A stretch of 64,000 nucleotides of DNA, from the NCBI GenBank assembly GCA_002269645.1, contig NIVC01000163.1:186001-250000 (forward strand), read 5' to 3'. Below the pieces are notes generated by a model that ran no database searches, was not told where the DNA came from, and saw only the letters and a program-made list of their open reading frames with translations. Positions 53,965-64,000 of the stretch are shown here, piece after piece; the first letter of the stretch is position 1; every line of letters begins with the position of its first letter. Origin of the DNA: Macrostomum lignano (lineage: Eukaryota). The position numbers and the translations under genes were made by a program.

Positions 53965-54790
53965 ATGGGATTTGGGAATGGGGAAAAGTAATGCAGGATT
54001 TAGGAATGGGGAAATTATTGGGATTCGGGAATGGGGAAAAGTAATGCAGGATTTAGGAATGGGGAAATTATTGGGATTCGGGAATGGGGAAAAGTAATGC
54101 AGGATTTAGGAATGGGGAAATTATTGGGATTCGGGAATGGGGAAAAGTAATGCAGGATTTAGGAATGGGGAAATTATTGGGATTCGGGAATGGGGAAAAG
54201 TAATGCAGGATTTAGGAATGGGGAAATTATTGGGATTCGGGAATGGGGAAAAGTAATGCAGGATTTAGGAATGGGGAAATTATTAGGATTAGGGAATGGG
54301 GAAAAGTAATGCAGGATTTATGAATGGGGAAATTATTGGGATTCGGGAATGGGGAGAATTAATGCAATTTGGGAATGGGGAGAATTAATGTAATTTGGGA
54401 ATGGGGAGAATTAATGTAATTTGGGAATGGGGAGAATTAATGGGATTTGGGAATGGGGAGAATTAATGCAATTTGGGAATGGGGAGAATTAATGTAATTT
54501 GGGAATGGGGATAATTAATGCAATTTGGGAATGGGGATAATTAATGCAATTTGGGAATGGGGAGAATTAATGGGATTTGGGAATGGGGAGAATTAATGGG
54601 ATTTGGGAATGGGGATAATTAATGCGATTTGGGAATGGGGATAATTAATGCGATTTGGGAATGGGGAGAGTTAATGCGATTTGGGGATGAGGAAAATTAA
54701 TGGGATTTAGGAATGCAAAAAAGTAACGCAGGATTTAGGAATGGGGAAAATTAATGGGATTTAGGATTTGGGAAAAGTAATTGGACGTAG
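53965..54790. repeat. Compound GGGAATGGGGA-containing minisatellite (53-bp then ~27-bp units) downstream of the MAD1 stop
   Basis: Direct reading. Confidence 0.92.
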
Positions 54791-54880
54791 GAATGGGAAC
54801 ACTATGGGACTTAGAAATGAAGAAACTATGAGAATTTACACAAAAAAAACAAACTGGAGGACTATGACAGGGAAAGCAGG

Positions 54881-55395
54881 TTAACTTATAGTGGTGGCAC
54901 CCATGACAGACGATGACACCAGGGTGGTACTGGAGCCGAAATAGTTCAGCGTCACGGTGGCCAGAAAAGCGGGCACAGAGTTGCGCTCCTGGACGTAGTG
55001 CCGCACATCCGACTGCCACTCGGACACGTAGTCGGTGGTCAGCAGGTCCACGTTGTCGTCGTTCAGTCGAAACAGAAACGAAGTCTTATCGGAATCCTGC
55101 TCATCAAAATCCACGTAGGTTGACGAGATACGAAACAGCCGCTCGGAGGGATTGTCCGACTCCAGCTGGACTCGGTAGCCAAGCAGGCGGTGGACGGCCT
55201 CGCGCATTTTCTCCGTGTTGGTTCTGAACGCTTCGCGCTGGCGCTGCTTCTGCAGATCCTTGCGATCCAGCTCGGTTTTGAGACGCTCGATCTGCAAATA
55301 ATTGCGTTGGCTGTCATGACGGCAGGGCTGCATGGAGCTGCAGACAGACAGATAGACAGACAGACAGAGAGACAGACAGACAGACAGACAGACAC

Positions 55396-55429
<34 letters not shown>

Positions 55430-55455
55430 TGACACAGACAGACAGGCAGGCAGGC

Positions 55456-55499
<44 letters not shown>

Positions 55500-55525
55500 T
55501 GACACAGACAGACAGGCAGGCAGGC

Positions 55526-55591
<66 letters not shown>

Positions 55592-58500
55592 TGACACAGA
55601 CAGACAGGCAGGCAGGCAGACAGACAGACAGACAGACTGACACAGACAGACAGACAGGCAGGCAGACAGACAGACAGACAGGCAGACAAACAGACAGACA
55701 GACACAGAGACGGATTAAACACACTAATCCTAACTAACCTCAGCCAGCAGGTCCCCCCGTCCAACAATCATGGACACATCCCGGGTCATATCGCCAATAA
55801 CGGAGGTTGCAGCAGCCGAGGACCCGGCGGTGGCAGCTGCCGCTTCCCCGTCAGCCGGGCCGGCAGCCGCCCGATTCTTCAATTTCTCCTCCAGTTTCTC
55901 GCACCTGGTCAGCGCTTTTTCAAGCTTCTTCCGCAGCTCGGCAAGCTCGTTCTCGCGCGCCTCTTCGGCCTCTTGGGCGGGGTTCTGGACCAGGTGGAGC
56001 ACCCGGGTGAACCGGGGATCCGCGTCTCCCTGGAGTTTGAGGGGGGGAGGGGAGTGCGGCGCTTGCGTGTTGCTGACTAGAGGGAATTAATTATAGGAGA
56101 CAATCGAGTAGGGAATCGTGGGATATGGGAAATGGGAGGGGAATCTTGGGATATGGGGAATGGGAGGGGAATCTTGGCATATGGAGAATGATAGGGGAAT
56201 CTTGGGATATGGAGAATGGGAGGGGAATCTTAGGATGGGGAATGGGAGGGGAATCTTGGCATATGGAGAATGATAGGGGAATCTTGGGATATGGGGAATG
56301 GGAGGGGAATCTTGGCATATGGGGAATGAAAGGGGAATCTTGGTATAAGGGGAATGGGAGGGGAATTCTTACCAAATCGCTGAGCCGAGCCTCCCTAGCA
56401 GCGAGCATTTCTTTGTCCTCCTCAGCAGCGGCCAGCCGTTTGTGCAGCTCGGTAATTTGCTGACTGTAATTTTCAGAAAACTGTACGCATATACCTCTAT
56501 CGCTACTTATTTAGCCAGTAGTTAGTAGGAAGAATTCATGAAAAGAACGCATTTGTTTACCGCAATTCAATAACAAGGGAAGCCTCCTGTTTTGACGCCA
56601 GCTCGCCTAAAGACAGTCTGGAGGATGCTTGCTGCTGCTGCTGCTGCGACTCGACTGGCAGCGACAGCCTGCTGGGCGCTGCGGACGCCGTAGATGATTT
56701 CTCAGCCAACGCCTCGTCCAGTTGACGCTTGTAATCGTCCAATAAGGATTCCATGTTGCTGATGCGCTGCAGGTAGGCCTAGGAAGATAAAATTGTAATG
56801 GATTTTTGGTTTGTCAAGAAAGTCAAGTTTGTTTTTTGGTTTGCCTCCCAAACTGAACAGGATGGGAATTAATTCCCTTAAACTGAACAGGATGGGAATA
56901 AATTCCCCCAAACTTAACAGGATGGGAATGAATTCCCCCAAACTGAACAGGATGGGAATTAATTCCCTTAAACTGAACAGGATGGGAATAAATTCCCCCA
57001 AACTGAACAGGATGGGAATGAATTCCCCCAAACTGAACAGGATGGGAATTAATTCCCTTAAACTGAACAGGATGGGAATTAATTCCCTTAAACTGAACAG
57101 GATGGGAATAAATTCCCCCAAACTTAACAGGATGGGAATGAATTCCCCCAAACTGAACAGGATGGGAATTAATTCCCTTAAACTGAACAGGATGGGAATA
57201 AATTCCCCCAAACTGAACAGGATGGGAATTAATTCCCCTAAACTGAACAGAATGGGAATAGATTCCCCCAAACTGAACAGGATAGGAATTAATTCCCCCC
57301 AAACCGAACAGGATGGCAGTTAATTCCCTCAAACCGAACGCAGTTAATTCCCTCAAACTGAACAGGATGGCAGTCAATTCCCCCAAACTGAACAGGATGG
57401 GAATTAACTCCCCCAAACTGAACAGGATGGGAATAAATTTCCCAACACTGAACAGGATGGGAATAAATTTCCCAAAACTGAACAGGATGGGAATGAATTC
57501 CCCCAAACTGAACAGGATAGGAATTAATTCCCCCAAACCGAACAGGATGGCAGTTAATTCCCCCAAACCGAACGCAGTTAATTCCCCCAAACCGAACAGG
57601 ATGGCAGTCAATTCCCCCAAACTGAACAGGATAGGAATTAATTCCTCCAAACCGAACAGGATGGGAATGAATTCCCCCAAACTGAACAGGATAGGAATTA
57701 ATTCCCCCAAACCGAACAGGATGGGAATAAACTCCCTAAAACTGAACAGGATGGCAATGAATTCCCCCAAACTGAACAGAATGGGAATAAAATCCCACAG
57801 TCCGAGAGAAGACAGGAAAAGATAACTCACCTGCTCACTTCCGGAGCCGCCCAATGTGCAGTCCAATAGATAGGAAGCGACAAACTCCTTGAGCATATCC
57901 CGCTCCCTACTCAACAGCCGCAAACGCCGTTTCAACTCGCCAAGCTCAGTCTCCAGCCGTTGAATTTTGGCTTCAGCTTCAGACTGAGCAGCGGCAGACT
58001 CTGACAGGCTGCGCTCGGCGGCAGAGACAGCAATCTGCAATTCCGCTCGACCGGCCGTGGCCAGCGCCAGTTCGCGTTGAGCAGACGCCAGCCGAGCTGA
58101 TTCCGAAGACCAATGGTCAGCTGTTAGAGATTGATTGGCGCTTCTATCAGACTGCTTGGCTTCGGCCGTCTGTGCCGCTGCGAGATCGGCGGCCAGAGTA
58201 GCGGCCCGGGACTCTGCGGATTCCAGCCGGCCTCGCAGAGACCGGTTCTCCTCTTCTAGGACCAGCCGATCGTCTCGGATCTGCTTGGCCGCGGCGAGCT
58301 GCTCTTTTAGTCGGGCATTCTGCTGGCGCACCTGCTCGTAGCTGTGAGAGAGTGAGTTCAAGGTGTTTTACTTAAGCCTGAGCTAGTTTACGCAATCTTT
58401 AAGCAGCAGACAGATTCCCCATCCAAGAGTTGAAAGATTCCCAATCAAAGAACTGAAAAATTCCCCATCAAAGAGCTGAAAGATTCCCCATCAAAGAACT

Positions 58501-61500
58501 GAAAGATTCCCCATCAAAGAACTGAGAGATTCCCTCGTCAAGCAACTGAGAGATTCCCCGTCAAGCAACTGAGAGACTCCAAGTCAAGCAACTGAGATAT
58601 TCCGCGTCAAACAACTGAGAGATTCCTCGTCAAACAACTGAGAGATTGCCCATTAAACAACTGAGAGATTCCCCGTCAAACAACTGAGAGATTCCCCGTC
58701 AAGCAACTGAGAAATTCCCTATCAGGGAATCATTAGATTCCCCGTCAAACCACTGAGAGATTCCATGTCAAACAACTGAGAGATTCATGGCTAACGGAAT
58801 CGAACCAGCGGCCATGGGTGGTGCGAGAGTCAGACCGCTTAATTGACTCACTGCTCCAACAGATAAAAGTACACTCACCGATCGATAGCTTCGTTGGCGC
58901 TCTTCAACCTGGCCCGTTCAGACTCGTGCAGCTTGGCCTGCAGCTCCAGTTCGTTGACCCGGGCTTGCAACTTGCTGGACTCTTCTAATTGGGCCTCACG
59001 CTCGGCCAAGTGAGCCTTCCATTCCGACAGCTCCTTGGAGCGGATCTCGGCCTAAGAAGCGGGAATAAACTTTTTTTATTGTTAACACCAGGAAAATGGG
59101 TTAAAAAATAAAGGTAAAAGCCATTGATGCTAGTAGCGAATAGCGTATTGTCTATTTAATATAGACCCTACTCTACCCAAAAAACATCTACGCTACATAA
59201 TAAACACCCACCCTACCTAATAAACACCCACTCTACCCAATATACACCCACTCTACCCAATATACACCCACTCTACCCAATAAACACCCACCCTATCCAA
59301 TAAACACCCACCCTATCCAATAAACACCCACCCTACCCAATAAACACCCACTCTACCCAATAAACACCCACCCTACCCAATAAACACCCGCACTACCGAT
59401 TAAACACCCACACTACCGATTAAACACCCACTCTACCCAATAAACACCCATCCTATCCAATAAACACCCACTCTACCCAATAAACACCCACTCTACCCAA
59501 TAAACACCCACCCTATCCAATAAACACCCACCCTACCCAATAAACACCCACACTACCGATTAAACACCCACCCTAACCAATATAGACCCCACCCTACCCC
59601 ATTAGCAATCACCCTACCCAATAAACACCCACCCTACTCAATATAGACCCCACTCTACTCAATAAACACCCACCCTACCCAATAAACACCCACCCTACCC
59701 AATATAGACCCCACCCTACCCCATTAGCAATCACCCTACCCAAAATAAACATCCCACCCTACATAACAAAGACCCACCACAAAGACCAATCCTAATTGTA
59801 TCGGAATCCATAAAAACCAAGAATCTAAAACCCAAGAACAGTCAACTAATTCCAAAACATTCCCTAAAAATTATAACAACCTGCATCCTAGCCTCCTCGG
59901 TCATTCGCAGCTCCCTCGAAGTCAACTCAAACACCCTGTTTCGAGCCTCCTTCAACTCCAGCGCCAGTCGCTCCTTGTCAGCCGTGGCCCGCTCCTCCAG
60001 TTCGAGTTTCTCGCGATTCAGTCTGGTAACATTGCGCTGACAATCGTCCAGAGTGCGCTGGGTTTTGGATCGATAATCCTGGTATTCGTCACGAACTGTT
60101 TGCAGCTCGGCGGTGACCGTGGCGAGGCGGCTGCGCTCCTCGGTGGAACCTTCGCGCGATTGCAGGCGCTGATGAGGATAAGAGATGGGATCAGGGATGC
60201 AGTTGGGATGGGATCAGGGATGCAGTTGGGATGGGATCAGGGATGCAGTTGGGATGGGATCAGGTAGTAGTGATGCAATCAGGAAATCAGTGATGCAATC
60301 AGGAAATCAGTAATGCGATCAGGAAATCAGTGATGCAATCAGGGAATCAGTGATGCAATCAGGAAATCAGTAATGCGATCAGGAAATCAGTGATGCAATC
60401 AGGGAATCAGTGATGCAATCAGTGAATCGGTGATGCAATCAGGGAATCAGTGATGCAATCAGTGAATCGGTGATGCAATCAGGGAATCAGTGATGCGATC
60501 AGGAAATCAGTGATGCAATCAGGGAATCAGTGATGCAATCAGTGAATCGGTGATGCAATCAGGGAATCAGTGATGCAATCAGTGAATCGGTGATGCAATC
60601 AGGGAATCAGTAATGCGATCAGGAAATCAGTGATGCAATCAGGGAATCAGTGATGCAATCAGTGAATCGGTGATGCAATCAGGGAATCAGTGATGCAATC
60701 AGTGAATCGGTGATGCAATCAGGGAATCATGAAATCAGAGACGCAATCAAAGAATCAGTGACGCAATCAGGGATCGGTGAGGCAGTCAGAGGACAGCAGC
60801 TTACAATATTCTCATCCCTCAGACGGTGAATCTGTTGATCAGCTTCAATTCTCTGCCATTTCCTGGCGCTCTCCTCAGCAAGCAGTCGCATTTGAAGGCC
60901 GTTTATTTTAACATTGGATTCCACCTGTTGTTGCTGCTGCTGACGCCGGTCACCAAGTAGACCTGCGAATCGCAGAAAGAAAAATTTATTTCACTAAGTT
61001 TGGGGATAAAAAATCTGCCAGTGCCAGAAGATTTTTAGAATAAATATATAGGATTTTGAGCAAACTAAGATATTCATGAACTCTAATCGATAGAAATAAT
61101 AATCCCAAATAGAAGGATAAAAATACTTAATAGGTAGAAATAAAAAACCCCGATGGACAGGATAAAATCCCTGAATAGATAGGGAAAAAAAAACTTACAA
61201 TAAAATAGGGATGAAATTCCCCTAATAGATAGGAGGTAAAAATCCCCAATATATCGGGATAAAATCTCCCAATAGGGATAAAAATCCCTAATAGATAGGG
61301 ATGATAGATAGATAGGGAAAATAGGCCTAGATAGGAATATATATCCGCCAATAAATAGGATTAAAAATCCCCAACAGTTAGGGATAAAACCCCCCATAGA
61401 TAGGGATAAAAATCCCCCAGTAGACAGCAATAAATGGAAGCTTCAGCTTCACCCCCAAGCAGAACCAAACTCTCCCAACACTCACTAGGCGCCGGACTCT

Positions 61501-61957
61501 GCCTCGGCAGTCCAGCGGCGGCAATAAAATCAGACGATGAGGTAGTCGACGACCGACTGTCGCCTTCAAAAGTTCCAGACTGCTGACGCCACCGATTCTG
61601 CTGCTGTTGCTGCTGCAGAGCTAGTCTATTCGACATCGCTGATGTCGGAGGCGGCGGAGGTCCCTGCGGCGGTTGAAAACTGCGCGAATAATCCCGGGAA
61701 TATCGTTTCAGAACGGGATCCCGGATGCCCAACTCCATTGGAGTTGCGGCGGCGGAAGCGGTTGACACACCGGCAGACGCACCGAGGCCGGCAGTTTCGC
61801 CAAGAAGCGGCGTCTTCGGCGGCAGATTCTGCATGTCCTCGGAGCCGAAGCTGGACGACAGGGACACTGAGGACGATGTCTCCTGGAAGCAGCAGCGACG
61901 CTTGGCGGCGGAAGCGGACGAAGCTTCGGCGGTTCCGGCGGCGGATTTGTTGCTCAT
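54881..61957 (-). CDS. MAD1L1: Mitotic spindle assembly checkpoint protein MAD1, 870 aa
   Basis: Nine phase-consistent exons (2613 nt): 61957-61486, 60962-60805, 60168-59881, 59051-58879, 58341-57831, 56778-56561, 56463-56373, 56029-55739, 55291-54881. The protein has a long coiled coil, a Mad2-interaction motif [17 protein letters not shown] (human GDYDQSRTKVLHMSLNP from memory), and a C-terminal RWD-like head ([13 protein letters not shown]...FRISSTY...[14 protein letters not shown]). Confidence 0.9.
55340..55708. repeat. (GACA)n microsatellite, MAD1 intron 8
   Basis: Direct reading. Confidence 0.95.
56112..56365. repeat. ~27-bp repeat (GGGGAATCTTGGSATATGGRGAATGRKA), MAD1 intron 7
   Basis: Direct reading. 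Confidence 0.88.
56848..57790. repeat. 30-bp minisatellite (AAACTGAACAGGATGGGAATTAATTCCCCN)n, MAD1 intron 5
   Basis: Direct reading. Confidence 0.95.
58412..58785. repeat. ~23-bp repeat (GAGATTCCCCRTCAAACAACTGA), MAD1 intron 4
   Basis: Direct reading. Confidence 0.88.
59165..59775. repeat. 20-bp minisatellite (TAAACACCCACCCTACCCAA)n, MAD1 intron 3
   Basis: Direct reading. Confidence 0.93.
60187..60785. repeat. 23-bp (GGGATGCAGTTGGGATGGGATCA)x3 followed by 20-bp (CAGTGATGCAATCAGGGAAT)n, MAD1 intron 2
   Basis: Direct reading. Confidence 0.93.
61090..61425. repeat. Degenerate GGGATAAAAATCCC/ATAGATAGG repeat, MAD1 intron 1
   Basis: Diverged recurrent units. Confidence 0.65.
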
Positions 61958-62019
61958 TCGATCAGTTTAAGGGGGAGGGAAGCATTGGAAGGATGGTCTA
62001 ATGTACTACTGATGCCAGG

Positions 62020-62040
62020 CTGAAAGTAGTAGTAGTAGCT
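62020..62040 (-). promoter_or_regulatory. Unpaired 3' splice acceptor upstream of the MAD1 ATG (candidate spliced-leader trans-splice site)
   Basis: The minus strand reads CTACTACTACTACTTTCAG ending at 62020, 62 nt before the ATG at 61957. No coding exon requires it and no obvious 5' donor is seen upstream. Confidence 0.45.
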
Positions 62041-62056
62041 GTGTATGATGCTGAGG

Positions 62057-62872
62057 GATCTGGGAAGCTGGCCCAGCAATTTAGGATCTGGAAGGCTGGC
62101 CCAGCAACTGAGGATCTGGAAAGCTGGCCCAGCAACTGAGGATCTGGAAAGCTGGCCCAGCAACTGAGGATCTGGAAAGCTGGCCCAGCAACTGAGGATC
62201 TGGGAGGCTGGCCCAGCAACTGAGGATCTGGGAGGCTGGCCCAGCAACTGAGGATCTGGAAAGCTGGCCCAGCAACTGAGGATCTGGGAGGCTGGCCCAG
62301 CAACTGAGGATCTGGGAAGCTGGCCCAGCAACTGAGGATCTGGGAGGCTGGCCCAGCAACTGAGGATCTGGGAGGCTGGCCCAGCAACTGAGTATCTGGG
62401 AGGCTGGCCCAGCAACTGAGGATCTGGGAGGCTGGCTCAGCAATTGAGGATCTGGAAAGCTGGCCCAGCAACTGAGGATCTGGGAGGCTGGCTCAGCAAC
62501 TGAGGATCTGGAAAGCTGGCCCAGCAACTGAGGATCTGGGAGGCTGGCTCAGCAACTTAGGATCTGGGAGGCTGGCCCAGCAACTGAGGATCTGGGAGGC
62601 TGGCCCAGCAACTGAGGATCTGGGAGGCTGGCCCAGCAACTGAGGATCTGGGAGGCTGGCCCAGCAACTGAGGATCTGGGAGGCTGGCTCAGCAATTGAG
62701 GATCTGGAAAGCTGGCCCAGCAACTGAGGATCTGGGAGGCTGGCCCAGCAACTGAGGATCTGGGAGGCTGGCCCAGCAGCTGAGGATCTGGGAGGCTGGC
62801 TCAGCAACTTAGGATCTGGGAAGCTGGCCTAGCAACTGACACTATGGGAGGCTGGCCCAGCAACTGAGGATC
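62057..62872. repeat. 28-bp minisatellite (GCTGGCCCAGCAACTGAGGATCTGGGAG)n, ~29 copies, between EDF1 and MAD1
   Basis: Period of 28 (62207 to 62235). Confidence 0.96.
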
Positions 62873-62985
62873 AGGTAGTGTGCAAAGCAAGCAACAATGA
62901 AAGCGAACTGAAGGTCAGACAATTGAAACACAAAAAGCTGCTCAGTTAACGCACCAGACCCCAGTGGAATCTCAGATCCATTCGA

Positions 62986-62991
62986 TTTATT
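62986..62991 (-). terminator. Candidate polyadenylation signal of EDF1
   Basis: AATAAA on the minus strand ~470 nt after the EDF1 stop, followed by a U/GU-rich stretch (CTTTTTGTGTTTCAATTGTC). Confidence 0.5.
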
Positions 62992-63461
62992 GTACTAAAC
63001 TGTTTAGAAAGCTTTTTCAGAATACAGAAAAGTCGAATATTGGACAACTGTAGTCTGTAAATATTGCCTCGAAATAGGAATCGAGTTTGAGGCATCAACA
63101 ATTCTGTCAGTAACTGTAGTTCGGTACTTATAGTAGTATTACTTCATATGTGTAAATGTTAAAACTGAAGTCAAGCTACAGTAATAATAAGCATAATACG
63201 CAAATATAATTAAACAATGTACATTAATAATTGACACGGCAGGTAGCTGCTAAGTAATAGTAATAGTTTTATGTCGCTCTAGTTTCTTTCTTCAAAATAA
63301 AATAACCACTTAGAAGCGCAGGTGAGAATTCATACACAATTCAACCCTAACCCCGTCGATGTTGCCTACAATTTAAATTTGGAAGTTGGAGAAAATAAAC
63401 CAAGACGGCCGAACATAAGACTCGAATATTTTCCCGAGTTTTCATCCCGTGTCCATATTGT

Positions 63462-63632
63462 TCACTTTTTCTTGCCTTTGCCAGTGGCTGCTGCCGGCCC
63501 AGGAGCGGCAGTCGGCTGCGACAGAGACTGGCCCTTCTCTTTGCCGCGCAATTTTATGCCAATCTGGCGTTCGATTTTGCCAAGCACCTGATTGTTGGGA
63601 ATGGCTTGGCCGTTCTCGTATTCGGCTATCAC
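63462..63632 (-). CDS. EDF1: EDF1/MBF1 (multiprotein bridging factor 1), terminal exon; rest of the gene lies beyond the right edge
   Basis: After the acceptor CCCCAG (63635-63633) the frame reads [56 protein letters not shown]. This matches the MBF1 helix-turn-helix C-terminus (human [32 protein letters not shown] from memory). An alternative acceptor 30 nt upstream is possible. Confidence 0.86.
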   Translation of the reverse strand: MIAEYENGQAIPNNQVLGKIERQIGIKLRGKEKGQSLSQPTAAPGPAAATGKGKKK

Positions 63633-63672
63633 CTGGGGAGCGGGCGGAGCGATGGCGGCGCACTGATTAGCT

Positions 63673-64000
63673 AGGTGAGATTAGATACATAGTGGATAGA
63701 CTGGGATTAGAATCATAGTGGGGAGAGTGAGATTAGAAACATAGTAGATAGACTGGGATTAGAATCATAGTGGGGAGAGTGAGATTAGAAATATAGTGGA
63801 GAGAGTGAGATTAGATACATAGTGGATAGAGTGAGATTAGATACATAGTGGAGAGAGTGAGATTAGAAACATAGTGGATAGAGTGAGATTAGATACATAG
63901 TGGAGAGAGTGAGATTAGATACATTGTGGACAGAGTGAAATTAGATACATAGTGGACAGAGTGAGATTAGATACATAGTGCAGAGTGAGACTAGACTCGG
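63673..64000. repeat. ~26-bp minisatellite (GTGAGATTAGATACATAGTGGAKAGA)n in the last EDF1 intron
   Basis: Direct reading. Confidence 0.92.

Noticed and set aside
63449-63670. Track ORFs of 73 aa on both strands at the right end
   Set aside because: They are shadows of the EDF1 terminal exon, which is read in another minus-strand frame.

Overview
Eukaryotic (animal) genomic DNA with spliceosomal GT-AG introns. It is not prokaryotic and contains no CRISPR array, rRNA or convincing tRNA. Most long ORFs in the supplied track are artefacts of tandem repeats. By manual exon stitching with reading-frame phase checks I reconstruct seven protein-coding genes. They are a delphilin-like PDZ/HHD/FH1/FH2 formin (minus strand, 3' end runs off the left edge), a two-exon JmjC oxygenase with a predicted transmembrane helix and C-terminal KAEL (plus), a complete 15-exon conventional protein kinase C (plus, 659 aa), a Tlx/Hox11 homeobox gene (minus, 293 aa), an uncharacterised 5-exon charged protein (minus, ~232 aa), the spindle-checkpoint gene MAD1 (minus, 870 aa) and the last exon of EDF1/MBF1 (minus, remainder off the right edge). 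Three transposon relics are visible: a decayed non-LTR retrotransposon 3' end, a foldback element with an 8-bp target-site duplication, and a deleted IS630/Tc1/mariner element. Almost every sizeable intron holds its own distinct mini- or microsatellite. This style suggests a repeat-rich lophotrochozoan such as the flatworm Macrostomum, which is inference only. The best leads are a probable EDF1-MAD1 operon with a trans-splice acceptor, a membrane-anchored and possibly ER-luminal JmjC enzyme, a MAD1 whose Bub1-binding RLK motif reads RQR, and a possible formin-less delphilin isoform. I do not see an unambiguous new multi-gene system.
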